A stretch of DNA of 64,000 nt from Octopus bimaculoides (lineage: Eukaryota), in assembly GCF_001194135.2 (NCBI RefSeq), contig NC_068998.1, positions 36,406,112 through 36,470,111 of the forward strand, read 5' to 3'. The translations under genes were made by a program, and so were the position numbers. This document shows positions 13,008 through 25,950 of this stretch, piece after piece. Within the stretch, counting starts at the first letter, position 1. Each line of letters begins with the position of its first letter. The notes under the pieces were generated by a model. It ran no database searches. It was not told the origin of the DNA and worked only from the letters and a program-made list of their open reading frames with translations.

Positions 13008-13295
13008 TGGCACTCCGTCGGTTACAACGATGAGTGAAACAGTTGATCCGATCAACAGAACAGGCTGCTTGCGAAATTAAAGTGCAAGTCGCTGATGCCT
13101 CCAAGAACAAATGTACCCTCAATGTAGTTCTCAGGGAGATTCAGCGTGATACAGAATGTGACAAGGCTGGCTTTTGTAATGCAGGTACTACTCATTTTTG
13201 CTAGCTGAGTGAACTGAAGCAATGTGAAATAAAGTGTCTTGCTCAAGGACAAAACACGCCGCTGTGAATCGAACCTACGACCTAGTAGTAAAGCC
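13008..13295 (-). mobile_element. SINE family C (CORE-like; resembles octopus OR2 from memory)
   Basis: RC shows tRNA-like head, gtccttgagcaagacactttatttcac...cactcagctagcaaaaatgagt, and 3' end gatcggatcaactg...gacggagtgcca. Confidence 0.8.
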
Positions 13296-15619
13296 ACATG
13301 TCTTCGCTGAGAGCAGATATACCCACTCATAATACATTTTTACTATAGAATGCAGTTTTATATTCCAATCTATCTTTTATTGAGGAATGTCAATTTTGAA
13401 ACATTTCATTTTCTTTGTCAAGTTCTTTGTCAAGTTCATTGGGGCAACATGACTTACAGAAAAGGCCAATTTTATTTTTTCACTTCTTTCCCTCCTTCAC
13501 GGTTTCTTCCACCAATTACATCAAGATTTGGAGTAACGAAAGAAATCTCTAAGAGGTTGCATGAGAACGCGCGAATTAGCAACTGCAGCTCACTCAGATT
13601 ATGACCTGCCGTCTCAATGTGAAATTTAATTCGAAATACGTAATATCTGAAAATGAATGCGGAAAAATCACTGCTGGAATACTTTTGATTATAGATATGC
13701 ACAATAAACAGCAATAACTAATTTTTTAGAAGCCAGCAAAGAAGCATCTATAGGGTTGTTCGCCTTGCTAGAAATAGTAGCGTATCAACTTTGAATATAA
13801 AGAAGAGATTCGTGAACCAACCGAGATACCCCTGCACAGCTGTTTTATCTGGTAGAAATCACAGTCAAGTCTTAAATAAATAAAGAGTTATTGTAGAACG
13901 AGGACAACATGTTTGCAGAGGCAGATGATCGCAATAGAAAGATCTTTGAAGATTATTCAGTTCTGTCAGAGTTGCTTCAGGCATAAGCGACATCATAAAA
14001 GAACACATTTAATAATGGTCTCCTAAAAATATTCCGAAAATAAAAGCAATACAAAACGGGTGGTGAACGATGCAAAATTTTTCTTCATAGGTTTTAACAA
14101 AGATGACTTGCGGCTAAATACCACCACCACCAGCAACAACAACAATAGTAACAGCTACAACAACAGCACTAAAATCATCTGGCACATCGTGCATTGTACG
14201 TTTATCATAATTTCTTATCATTTTTACATTTTTCTATGTTAATTACAGGCCTTAACAAGTGCTATTCTCTTCATTCTCTCAGTTTATTTGCCAGTCCTTG
14301 ACAAAGACGATATCGTGATAATTTCTTTCCTAATGGCAAACAAAAGCTTAACGAAATTATGTTTGCTCTCTAATCATTGCATTACTTGATAGGTTTTCTT
14401 TTCTAGTAAAAAAGTGCTTTTATTTTGTAAATAAAGGAGTCATTATTTACTTCAATAGCTTTTTTTGCCAGTATTTGGCATTCAACCATTTAAACGTTAC
14501 TTAAAATTAACAAAACTATTTTGTTATCATAATTTGCTTAGTCGCTACTTTGTTGTAATTTGTTAACTTAAATCATTCAAGATCTAAACATTTTTATGCC
14601 TTCTTCTCAGCAGCTTACTTTCTTTCGGCTATTAGTAGCCACAAAGTCTTTGCGTCTTATCGTTTTTTTTTTTTTTTTTTGTAATTCGAATATTTAGTAA
14701 CAACGGTCGTTTTCTTATCAATACAAATAGACAAAATAAGGAAACTTTTATCATCAGCATTTCTTATCCCTCACTACCGTTGTAGTTGTTGTTGTCGTTG
14801 CTTAGCTCCATGTTAGCTTCGATCGAACAGACACAAGGTTAATGGCATTCCAACCACGACCACCTTGTATTACAGAATCTCTCATGTTGTGTTGTAGGAA
14901 GATAATTACTGTTGTTAGTTCCAAGATCAGTACTCATTGAGCAGATTTAGAGCCGAAAACGCTCCAGCCTTTGTCGATCCTTTCTTGCATTTTCAGACTC
15001 AGTTCATCTACAACCACATTATTCATTTACAGTTATACAAGATGTTTAAGTTGAGTGGTCTCATTAAAATTTGGCATCTATTTGTAACAGATCCAACGAC
15101 CATATATAGAATCTGTTAACAGTGGTTAGTCCTATAACTTTATAAGATTAATCTTCGAAATTGCTGGTCTTTACGAATTGATTCTAAAGAGTTTCTTCGC
15201 GATATATTTTCTGGAAAAAAAGTCGTCATGTTTCTTTTTCAATACCTATTTTTATTAATTTCATTTGCAAATTCAATTTCAGTAATTGTGCTGTCTTTAA
15301 ATTCATAGATAAATCTGTTTCGGAATTTCCATTTCAGTCATCAGTGGGAAGTATTCCGAGGACTTTCAATGAGTTGATAAATCTATAAAAACAAATAAGA
15401 ATATTTTTAGAAATTGATAAATTTGTTGGCTAGTAGATAAAAAACAAACAAAAAAAAAATTTGAAAGCTATTTATGAAAATTGATAATGTTGAAAATTAA
15501 ACTATTCAAAATAGACTACAAAAACAAATGAAGAAATACTTTACTTTATTATTTTACGAAGGAAAGAGAAAACAGAATAAAGTTTCCAGGAACAATTTTC
15601 TCTTTTCTAAAACATACAG

Positions 15620-16520
15620 AATAACTAGTGACAAGTGAATTTCCATCTGGGCTGAATCAGAGCACTTTATGTCTATGACTTCTGATTACTTTCGGCAGCT
15701 CCTGGTATTAGTAACTGACACCCACGAAATGGTCTGTGTGCATCTCTGGGAAGTTCACCTATAGAACATGATAAACTGCTCGTTTAGTTTTTGAAATAGT
15801 GTCTAATCGGAACTCATGACTTAGTTGATCTTTATTGTTCCAAAGGTTATGAGATTTATTCTGCACAAAGGGGAGAGAGGATCCTTTTCACTTGTCTTTC
15901 TTGTCTTTGGTCTGGGCTCCCTCTTCTGGGTCTTCTTTCTGTTTTCTTATTTACGTTGTCCACGACAGTTTGATATTCATCTTATTCCACCTCAGTCTCC
16001 ACCTCTCCTCTGTCCTATTAAGATGATATAATTATACTAGTGTGACTGCTTCCTCTCACTTCTTGATTATCGGCTCTTGATATCAAGAATGTGTTCTGAT
16101 ACTATAGTATTAGAGGCTATTGATGCTCTGGAAAGGGGGACTTCTTGGTTTCCTGTTGCTATTGTCCACTCCAATCCTTAACTTCATTTCTAGCTGTTTT
16201 TAGTTTTATACGTAGAGCAACTGGGCCTTCTGCTCTGCGTTACCAGTCTCATAGCCTTTGTTTCCGTCTTCATCACAAATCACAATACCAAAACGGCTGT
16301 TTCTTTCGGATTGTATAAAGACTTGTATGTCTATTGACCACATATCTGTTTTAATTACCTTGAAACTCACTCATTTGCGAGATCTGCCTCATATGCAACC
16401 ACAGGACAGGAACCACTGTCGCTGTCAATACCTCTGATTGTATCCTTGTATTCCTCTAATTCATATATTGCAACACACACTTAAAGGTTGGTAGGTTTGT
16501 TGTACACCAGCTCAGCATGT
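15620..16520 (-). pseudogene. Heavily decayed RLE-type (R4-like) LINE fragment
   Basis: Weak remnants such as HTSLYTIRKK (cf. DRLY.PRKE) and T*SALIQP (cf. TE.LI.AAQ); many stops. Confidence 0.35.
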
Positions 16521-17461
16521 CGCCTCGAATTGCACTCGGCCTTGAGGATCAAACACGCTTCCCACATGCGTTGTTCCGACTTTGAAAATCACATCATTTC
16601 ACTTATTGGTCAGGTTTTATTACAACTGTTATTTTTAGGATAATTGAAAAAACTCTTTTATCGTTCATCAAGCAGAGAAATGCAACTTCTCTTATTTGAC
16701 CCTTTGAAAATAAATACTCTTGGCTAGGAATAAGTTTTTATTGATACAATGTACCACGATGTATATATTTTTACCAAATATTACCAAAGTAAAATCTATC
16801 AATTCTGCTTGTTTAGTAATCGCAGCTTAAATGTCGTTGTTAATAACTTTGTTTGTGTTGTATAACTTAATGTTTTCACATGTGAAAATTGCATAATTTT
16901 TTAACGTGACAGTGGTTGTTGTCATCTTCTTAATCAAGTCTATTTTCTTATTCGTTTTTGTATAATCTTTTTTTTAACGTCAAAGTTAAGTTATTTATTT
17001 TATTTTTAGATGATTACTGCTGCTCTAGAATGAGAAGTAATATTCAAAAAGAAGTGTCAACTTACAAAAAAGAAGTAATAATATGCCAATCGATGAAACA
17101 AAAAATAAATTTTGTTTCCTCTAGGTGTTGCGACAAACATCGTTGGGCTGGAGAATGTCCATGCTTGAAAATAGTCTGAAATAAGAAAAGTTTCCACTAA
17201 GTAAAGCTAGCAGAAATCAAATTCTATCGCAACATTCTGAAAAGATGTCCTTTCAACACAAGCCAAGAACAACAATGACGACGATGACGGAAACAGAAAC
17301 AAGACAAGCAATGACAACAACAACAACAATAATAATGTTGATCCTTTCTGCTACAGGCACAAGTTCTGAAATTTTTTGAGGAATGGATTAGTGGATTACA
17401 TCGACCATAGTACTCCACTGATACTTGATTGGATTCCAGTTTTATGAAAAAGGATGATAAT

Positions 17462-17521
<60 letters not shown>

Positions 17522-17522
17522 T

Positions 17523-17781
17523 GGCTGAAGTTCAAAAGATAGTGCTCATGGGAACTGCCCATATCCTACGTAAAATACTGTCTATGTGATCTCAAATTTT
17601 AAAGCAAACACATAATTTTCTTATGGGTTCTTAAGCATTCACTTGAACAAAACTGTACAAATCCAAATATATGGTACCCTCGGCATAACACCTACATGAA
17701 CTTCTAACTTGTTGTCTCTTGAGGTCTCTGGGTGAGACTTGGATCCAACTTGTACAAATGCAAAACAAAAGTCAAACATAA

Positions 17782-17782
<1 letters not shown>
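17523..17782 (+). mobile_element. R4/Dong-like LINE 3' end, 5'-truncated, inside (TAA)n
   Basis: Encodes AEVQKIVLMGTAHILRKILSM* (typical R4-clade C-terminus) plus 3' UTR; TAA arrays on both sides. Confidence 0.85.
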
Positions 17783-17823
<41 letters not shown>

Positions 17824-17838
17824 AATAATAATAACAAC

Positions 17839-17881
<43 letters not shown>

Positions 17882-17890
17882 TTAATAATA

Positions 17891-19335
17891 ATCCTTTCTG
17901 TATTATTGGCCACAAGGACCGAACACAAAAACATATAGGGACAATACAATCAAGGGACAAGTGGGGTTTAAAACAGAAAACGTGTAAACAACAAAAACAA
18001 AATAACAGTTAACAACAACAAAAAAGAAACAATAAAATTCCCCAATGGGGGAGTTACAATCCAAAGCAACCAGGCATCCCACACATCCTGGTCACCACGA
18101 CTGTCAAGGGCACGCCTCTTCTCCTCAACTGCACCAGCTTACAGACGAATATTCAGAGTAGGCCCATGCACGCGAGCCATTGTCGCAACATTCACTCACC
18201 TCTTAGCAAACTTACTGCGCGGCAGTGCTTCCCTCTCTACCCTCATTTTCCTTTTCAAGTGGAACTTGAAAAAGCCGATGAGGGATCGGCCGAAGAGGAA
18301 AGTATGTCTTCAGTCCTTCCGGTCTCCTCTACCACACTACCTCTTTCGCTATAGCAACCAGGCAGAGGAAAACGGCCTTTCCCTCCCAACCAAAAGAAGG
18401 TGATCCTCACAATGGACTCGGCTGATAACCGGATCCGTCCTACACGTGATAACAGCTGTTCGACAAAGCTCCACAGGTCGGTAATGCACGGACGCTGGAC
18501 GAGTGCATGCAGGACGGTTTCATCGCCATGTGCACACCTCAGACACGACCGCTTGACAGCATTTCCGTGTCTGTAGATCTTGTCTCAAACCGGCAAAGCT
18601 CCCCGGTAGCACTGTCAGGCCAGAAATTTCGGGAAGTTATACATAGGCCCTGGCCAGAAAGTCCTCCGGAAAAGCCCAGTTAGTTGATCCCTCTTGACGC
18701 CCAGAGTTTCTCCCAGTACGTCGTCGCTCTTTCCCTTCACTAGTCCTCTATAGAACTCTATGGTGGAATTTCAACCGACCGCGTTTCCCGAATGGCAGAA
18801 AGCTGTGAGTGCTTGCCGACATTCCAGGTGCCAAGCGCGCTTTCTCGGTCTGCGCTTGACCCAAGACTGTAGCTCTGTCGATGAGATGAGCTGCAGAATG
18901 TCCCGTTTGACGAACAACAACCACACCTGCTGGCCATTAAGGAAACGATGGAAATGTCACAGCCTCAGTGCATTCTGCGCATTATTAGCCACGGTATGTC
19001 CAGTCCTCCACTCAACAGCTGAACCGCCTGATGAGCACAACACGTCCCTTCCATAAAAAGAAGAAGAGCAAGCGCTCCAATTTTTTCACGCACGAAGTGG
19101 GGCAAGGAACGACAGTCAGGCGGTAGTAGATGACCTAAGCGAAGTATGCATTCGCCAACTCAGCTCTCTGCCCATTTCTGGGTGAGATTGGCTACCCTGC
19201 TCGTCACCTCTCCGCAATTCTTGTCCACCTGGAGGTCTGGACCAAATCAGACCCCCATCAATTTAACCGGTCATTCTGTCAAGCGTACTACAACGCTGTC
19301 GGTTGGCATGCACCTGCCTCTCCAGGTGAAAAACT
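17891..19335 (-). mobile_element. L1-Tx1-like LINE, 3' 1.4 kb (post-RT region, CCHC knuckle, 3' UTR)
   Basis: PVKLMGV*FGPDLQVDKN, LERLLFFFLWKGRV, and SCLRCAHGDETVLHALVQRPCITDLWSFVEQLL (C-x2-C-x8-H knuckle); T-rich 3' UTR ending agaaagga(tta)n. Confidence 0.85.
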
Positions 19336-19526
19336 GATAATGTCATTCTGTCAACGTGTGGACGCTGGTTGCTCTCGTTCATACTTTACGTTTAAATTTC
19401 TGTAATTTTGAATTTTTATCACTTCTTATTTTGAACTTGACAAAGACACACTTACTGTTGAAATATCGTTGAACTAATAAAATATCTTACAATCGAATCG
19501 CGCTCTTCGTCTTGACTAATAATAAT

Positions 19527-19568
<42 letters not shown>

Positions 19569-19587
19569 AATAATAATAATAATAATA

Positions 19588-19890
19588 GGGCTGATTACTA
19601 CCTAGCTCAGATACCAGGAAACCCCAAAATGGCTGAAGTTCAAAAGATAGTGCTCATGGGAACTGGCCATATCCTACGTAAAATACTGTCTATGTGATCT
19701 CAAATTTTAAAACAAACACATAATTTTCTTATGGCTGCTTAAACATTCTCTAGAACAACACTGTACAAATTCAAATATATGGTACACTAGGCATACCACC
19801 TACATGAACTTCTAACTTGTCGTCTCTTGAGGTCTCTGGGTGAGACTTGGATCCAACTTGTACAAATGCAAAACAAAAGTCAAACATAAA
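19588..19890 (+). mobile_element. R4/Dong-like LINE 3' end, second copy, inside (CAA/TAA)n
   Basis: RADYYLAQIPGNPKMAEVQKIVLMGTGHILRKILSM*; same 3' terminus (gtcaaacataaa) as 17523-17782 but a longer 5' extent. Confidence 0.87.
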
Positions 19891-20809
19891 ATAATAATAA
19901 TAATAATAATAACTGCTCCATTTGGAACAGCTACGATTTTGAGATTGGTGCTTGGATGTTGAGTGTCTTCTACGATAAGTTGACATCCAGGTACCAAATC
20001 TTATAATTTGCTGAAACAGGCCCTGTGAGACTTCTGACTTCACTCGCCTTATATCCTTATTTTTGAACTGAGGCAGGAATTCAGTCCGGATGCTGTTGGC
20101 TCCAGCGTATGAGATTTTTCTTGATTTTAGCTTTGTTTACGTAATTGTTGTTGTTGAGTTTCTTCATTATTCTTGTTGCTTTCGTTAGTGTTATTGTTAT
20201 TGCTGTCATTGTTTATGCTATTGTTGATCGTGATGCCTTTACTTTTTTTCAATCAACTTCTCGCTGACATTTTCAACATTTTTCGTGTTGGTCTTGTCGA
20301 TATTGACATTTTTATCTTTTACATCTTCTATAGAATAACTTTTCTTCCTGTGTTTGTTGTTATTGCCACTGCTGTTTGTCTTTTGTTTGTGCTGTTCTGG
20401 TAACTGGTGATCTCAAGGTTCTTCTAATTGCCGTTGATGATATCGTCGTTGTTGTTGCTGTTGTTGTTGTTGTTTATAGCCGTGCCTTTTTCTTATTGGT
20501 GTTGTCAGACTTATCACTTATAAATTTGTTTATTCTATAACTCCAGAAAGACTTCAAATAAAATAGCTTCATAGATTTAGAAAGCAACATTTTCAGTTCA
20601 GACGACAGCTTTGGTTTTTCGAGTAAAATGGAAAACATCAACGCTTTTCAGTCTTCAAACGTTCGGTTTATTGACATTTTAAATAAAATATTATTTGTCA
20701 GCTGGCCGCAGACGACTGGAAAATATAATTGTGCTTTCTCTAATATACAAGTTTATAAACACTATTTTCTCAGCAAGTGTTTTAAATTATGCTAACGGTG
20801 AAAATTTCA

Positions 20810-22113
20810 ACTTTCATGTGAAGAAGGCTAGAAGAACGCATCGTTTATTATACACAGACAAAGCAGTTCTAAATGAAGTAAAATCTAGAAAGAAAAATTT
20901 AACAATAGCATCGATAGGTTATAAGAAAGCCTATGATATGATTCCACACTCATGCATAAGTGAATGTTTGCGTTATATTCTGTGTTGCATACAACATAAG
21001 GGAATTAACTAGCTTTAGCATGAAGACATGGAAAGTAGATCTCTATTCAGGCGACACAGCGTTTGAGAAAGTTAATATCGACAGAAGGATTTTCCAAGGA
21101 AACCCTTTATCTCCTTTAATATTTGTCTTATGTTTACTCCCCTTCAGTTTAGTATTAAGGAAGGCAAAGGGAGAATGTCAGTTCAGAAATAGTAAGGGAA
21201 AAATTAGCCATTTGCTCTACATGGCTGATCTGAAGCTTTTTAATGAGTATGAAATAGAGAGATATTCCTTAATACAAACTAGTAGTTTTCAGCAAAGATA
21301 TAGGCATGGAATTTGGCATAGATAAGTGTGCAATATTAGTCATGAAAAAGGGACAAGTAGTCACTTCCAGTGAAGGCATCCAATTACCAGCTGGCCAGAC
21401 ATTAATAACACTGAAAGAAGGAGAGAGTTACAAGTATCTAGGGGTATTAGAATCTGAGAGAGTAATAACTAGAAATGAAATCAAAAATTGAGAAGGAGTA
21501 CATCAGAAGGCTGAGGAAGCTAATGAAGTCAAAGCTAGATGGTCCGAATCTTAGGAAGGCTGTAAATACTTACGCAGTGTCGTTACTTAGATACACAGCA
21601 GCTTTTGAAGATTGGACAAAATCTAAATGAGCAACTCTAGACAGGAGAACTAGGAAGGAATTCAATACGAATGGAGGACTTCACCCAAGAACAGGAGTAG
21701 CAAGATTATACTTACCTAGAAAGGAAGGTGGAAGAGGTTTAATATCAGTAGAAGATTGCGTGGAGTTAGAGAAGACCAAACATTGAGGACTAATTAGATA
21801 AATCCAAGATAGATAAAAACCAAGTAGATTCCCAATGAAGGTTATGTAACTCAAAAGAGGAAAGCGTTACTCATATAGTAAGTGAATGTAGCATGCTGGT
21901 ACTGGAAGAATAAAAGAAAAGACTTGACAACCTAAGGAGAGTAATCCTCTGGGAGTTATGTAGAAAGCTAGGATTTGACCAAACTGACTATACTGATAAT
22001 TGGTATGGACATGAACGTAGTAAAATACGAGAAAGCAAGAAATATAAGATGTGGGAATTTAACATTCATACGGACAGAGTAGTAGAAGCTAAAATACCTG
22101 ATTTAGTGGCAGT
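20810..22113 (+). pseudogene. R4-clade LINE internal fragment (RT, CCHC remnant, start of RLE)
   Basis: KNLTIASIGYKKAYDMIPHS, IFQGNPLSPLIFVL, ISHLLYMADLKLF, FGIDKCA, YKYLGVLE, RLYLPRKEGGRGLISVED, HIVSECSML, RVVEAKIPDL. Confidence 0.9.
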
Positions 22114-22377
22114 TGTTGGCACTCCATCGCTTACGACGTCGAGGGTTCCAGTTGATCCGATCAACGGAACAGCCTGCTCGTGAAATTAACGTGCAAGTGG
22201 CTGAGCACTCCACAGACATGTGTACCCTTAACGTAGTTCTCAGAGATATTCAGCGTGACAAGGCTGACCCTTTGAATTACAGGCACAACAGAAACAGAAA
22301 GTAAGAGTGAAAGAAAGTTGTGGTGAAAGAGTACAGCAGGGTTCGCCACCATCCCCTGCCGGAGCCTCGTGGAGCTT
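22114..22377 (-). mobile_element. SINE family C, 3' part running into a gap
   Basis: Near-identical to 38657-38940. Confidence 0.9.
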
Positions 22378-23183
22378 NNNNNNNNNNNNNNNNNNNNNNN
22401 NNNNNNNNNNNNNNNNNNNNNNNNNNNNNNNNNNNNNNNNNNNNNNNNNNNNNNNNNNNNNNNNNNNNNNNNNNNNNNNNNNNNNNNNNNNNNNNNNNNN
22501 NNNNNNNNNNNNNNNNNNNNNNNNNNNNNNNNNNNNNNNNNNNNNNNNNNNNNNNNNNNNNNNNNNNNNNNNNNNNNNNNNNNNNNNNNNNNNNNNNNNN
22601 NNNNNNNNNNNNNNNNNNNNNNNNNNNNNNNNNNNNNNNNNNNNNNNNNNNNNNNNNNNNNNNNNNNNNNNNNNNNNNNNNNNNNNNNNNNNNNNNNNNN
22701 NNNNNNNNNNNNNNNNNNNNNNNNNNNNNNNNNNNNNNNNNNNNNNNNNNNNNNNNNNNNNNNNNNNNNNNNNNNNNNNNNNNNNNNNNNNNNNNNNNNN
22801 NNNNNNNNNNNNNNNNNNNNNNNNNNNNNNNNNNNNNNNNNNNNNNNNNNNNNNNNNNNNNNNNNNNNNNNNNNNNNNNNNNNNNNNNNNNNNNNNNNNN
22901 NNNNNNNNNNNNNNNNNNNNNNNNNNNNNNNNNNNNNNNNNNNNNNNNNNNNNNNNNNNNNNNNNNNNNNNNNNNNNNNNNNNNNNNNNNNNNNNNNNNN
23001 NNNNNNNNNNNNNNNNNNNNNNNNNNNNNNNNNNNNNNNNNNNNNNNNNNNNNNNNNNNNNNNNNNNNNNNNNNNNNNNNNNNNNNNNNNNNNNNNNNNN
23101 NNNNNNNNNNNNNNNNNNNNNNNNNNNNNNNNNNNNNNNNNNNNNNNNNNNNNNNNNNNNNNNNNNNNNNNNNNNNNNNNNNN
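22378..23183. other. Assembly gap (N-run)
   Basis: N-run. Other gaps: 5683-5881, 12234-12371, 24748-24774, 32192-32416, 37095-37154, 38941-39220, 45126-45338, 49872-50723, 59172-59734, 60688-60945, 61895-62078. Confidence 1.
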
Positions 23184-23500
23184 TTCATCATTTCGGGGGT
23201 CGATTAAATAAGTACCAGTTACACACTGGGGTCGATGTAATCGACTCAATCCCTTTGTCTGTCCTTGTCTGTTCCCTCTATGTTTAGCCCCTTGTGGGCA
23301 ATAACGAAATAGGTATTTCATCTGCCGCTACTTTCTGAGTTCAAATTCCGCCGAGGTCGACTTTGCCTTTCATCATTTCGGGGGTCGATTAAATAAGTAC
23401 CAGTTACACACTGGGGTCGATGTAATCGACTCAATCCCTTTGTCTGTCCTTGTTTGTCCCCTCTATGTTTGGCCCCTTGTTGGCAATAAAGAAATAAAAA
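23184..23500 (+). mobile_element. Tandem head-to-tail SINE family A (A2 tail) units, period about 185 bp
   Basis: ttcatcatttcggggg starts at 23184 and 23369; junction gcaataacgaaata|ggtatttcatctgcc. Confidence 0.9.
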
Positions 23501-23514
23501 ATAATGATAATAAT

Positions 23515-23670
23515 AACGGTTTCAAATTTTGGTACAAGGCTCCATATTTAGAGGACGCGGCTTAGTCGATCATATCGATTCCAGTGTCCAACTGTTATCT
23601 TTTTATCGACTCCGAAATCATGAAAACAAAGTCGACCTCGGTGGAACTGGAAACAATACGTAAAGAGCAG
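23515..23670 (-). mobile_element. SINE family A (A1 tail), old copy
   Basis: ggtttcaaattttggtacaagg...aaagtcgacctcggtggaa. Confidence 0.7.
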
Positions 23671-24279
23671 TAACTACTGTATATTATTTAGTTAGAGCTC
23701 TTCGTTCATGGTTATAAAATCTACAAGCAAACTATAAAAATATCTCTTGATGACTGATGAATATTTAGACAGGATGAAACCTATTTAATAAACCTAATAA
23801 AACAGGTGATAAATTTAGCCAAGACATAAACACGAGTATTTGATGCAATAAATGTGCTAGAAGTACTATATTAAGAGGCAAATTAACTTTAATTGCGAAC
23901 ATAAAGCGAAACACAGACAGAGAAATCTGAGAATTAGAGCGGAACGAGCCAAAGAAATACTTAGGATCTGGTGCAGTTTATAAGATACAATACATAAATG
24001 AAAGTAAAAATTAAAAGAAAATACTATGAAGCTTCAGGCTAATACTGGCTTCAAATTTTGGCACAAGGCCAGCAATTTCGGGGGAAGAAAAAAGAAACGA
24101 TAGGAAAAATTATTAAAGGTATAAATATACTAGCCATCCAATTTATGAAATAAAATTTCAACATGATAATTGGATGAGAAATGAGCAGAAGAATTCTGAG
24201 AGAAAGAAAGAAAATCAATTAAAAGAAAGAACCTACTAACAACGTTCGGAAGTTTCCGCCTCGGAGCAAATATTCTATC

Positions 24280-24575
24280 TTTTATCTTTCATTTGCTCTA
24301 TTCATTAGACTGCGGCCTTGCTGGGGCACCACATTGAGGAATTTTGGTCGAATGAATCGACCTCAGTAGTTTAATTTTTTCAAAGCCTGATATTCATTCT
24401 ATCAGTCTCTATTTCCGAACCGGTAAGTTACGCCGGGGGGGGGGGTCGTAAACACACCAACACCGGTTGTCAAGTGGTAGTAGGGGAAAAACACAGACAC
24501 AAAGACAGTTAAATATATATACGACAGGCTTCTTTCACTTTTCATCTACCAAATCCACTCACAAAGCTTTCCCAC
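24280..24575 (-). mobile_element. SINE family B, decayed, with short internal (TA)n
   Basis: RC of both arms (accaaatccactcacaaagc; caacaccggttgtcaagtgg; gactgcggccttgctggggcacc). Confidence 0.75.
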
Positions 24576-24637
24576 AACATTGTGTTCAGATTTATTAGAT
24601 TAAAAAAAAAACATATTGTCTATTAAAATTTTCATCT

Positions 24638-24774
24638 GCAGGAGTGACTGTGTGGTTAAAAGCTTGTTTCTCAACACATGGTTCTGAGTTCAGTCCCACT
24701 GCGTGGAACCTTGGGCAAGTGTCTTCTATTATAGCCTCGGACCAACCNNNNNNNNNNNNNNNNNNNNNNNNNNN

Positions 24775-24858
<84 letters not shown>

Positions 24859-25077
24859 ATATATGTATATATGTATATATGTGTGTGTTTGTGTGTCTGT
24901 GTTTGTACCCCCATTATCGCTTGACAACTGATGTTGGTGTGTTTACGTTCCCGTAACCTAGCAGTTCGATAAAAGAGACCGATAGAATAAGTTCTGGGAT
25001 CGATTTGTTCGACTCAAGGCGGTGCTCCAGCATGGCTGCAGTCAAATGACTGAAACAAGTAAAAAGAATAAAAGAAT
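24638..25077 (+). mobile_element. SINE family B, full length with internal (TA)n(TG)n and a gap
   Basis: Head gcaggagtgactgtgtggttaaaagc...ggttctgagttcagtcccactgcgtggaaccttgggcaagtgtc; 3' arm ends gactgaaacaagtaaaaagaataaaag. Confidence 0.88.
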
Positions 25078-25539
25078 ATGTTTCATTCTTCCTTTATATA
25101 CATTAAATAGCCGTTTCTAACAAAACCAAAAGATTTTATATCTCAAAAATTTGATGTGATAGACAAAATCTAATGATAGATTTGGATTCAGCTAAAAACC
25201 ATTGATAAACCTTGTGCCAGGAAACATGTGTTGACCTGTGTAATAACTGATGGCATGTGTCATGTGATGAGCCAACATAAGTGGGATCTTCTGACGTGTA
25301 TGCTCAAGTTGAGCCGAGGTCAACTTTGCCTTTCATTGTTTCGGGTTCAATAAAATAAGTTTACCAGTCAAGCACCAGGGTTGATGTAATCGACTGGTCT
25401 CTCCCATCAAAATTTTAGGCCTTGTAAAATAAGTACCAGTTGAGCACTGAGTCAATATTACTTTAATTTGTATATTTCTATCTTTTTGTTTATTTTGATA
25501 GAATAGTCAGAAGAAGGAGAGCATCTTTGACTTATTATA

Positions 25540-25950
25540 AGGACTACGAGACTGAAAACCTGCCAATAAAAGAAACCGGACGCTTTTGACAGCCAATGTC
25601 TCCGGAAAATACTTGGCATCATATAGAACGATTTTATCAGCAACAAGGTCAGTAGACGAGCAGACCAATGCCTAATGTTCACGACCATTTAAAGCGCCGA
25701 CTAATTTGGCTGGGACATGTCGTGAGACTCAATATGAACAGACTCATCAAACAACATCCTTAAGTAGAATCCTGAGAATCGCCGGCAGAAAGAATGTTCC
25801 TAGATAAGCAGGCACAAGATGATTGACAGGGACCTTCAACTAGTAAACCTACGATGGAATGATGTGCTGGGAATAACTGCTAACCGATTCTGCAAGAATA
25901 CATTGACTGCCTCGTGCGTCGCCCGATGCGGGGCACCTAAGTCTTGGTAG
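25540..25950 (+). pseudogene. RTE-clade LINE 3' end
   Basis: DAFDSQCLRKILGI...KRRLIWLGHVVR...MIDRDL, then 3' end tgcctcgtgcgtcgcccgatgcggggcacctaagtc. Confidence 0.8.

Noticed and set aside
19920-20460. Minus-strand IIRFGTWMST resembling an APE N-terminus
   Set aside because: Single short motif in low-complexity N/Q-rich sequence with no downstream APE motifs.
22161-23321. Long ORFs in the track here and at 49811-50800, 58999-59862, 60577-61172
   Set aside because: They are open only because they cross N gaps or microsatellites.
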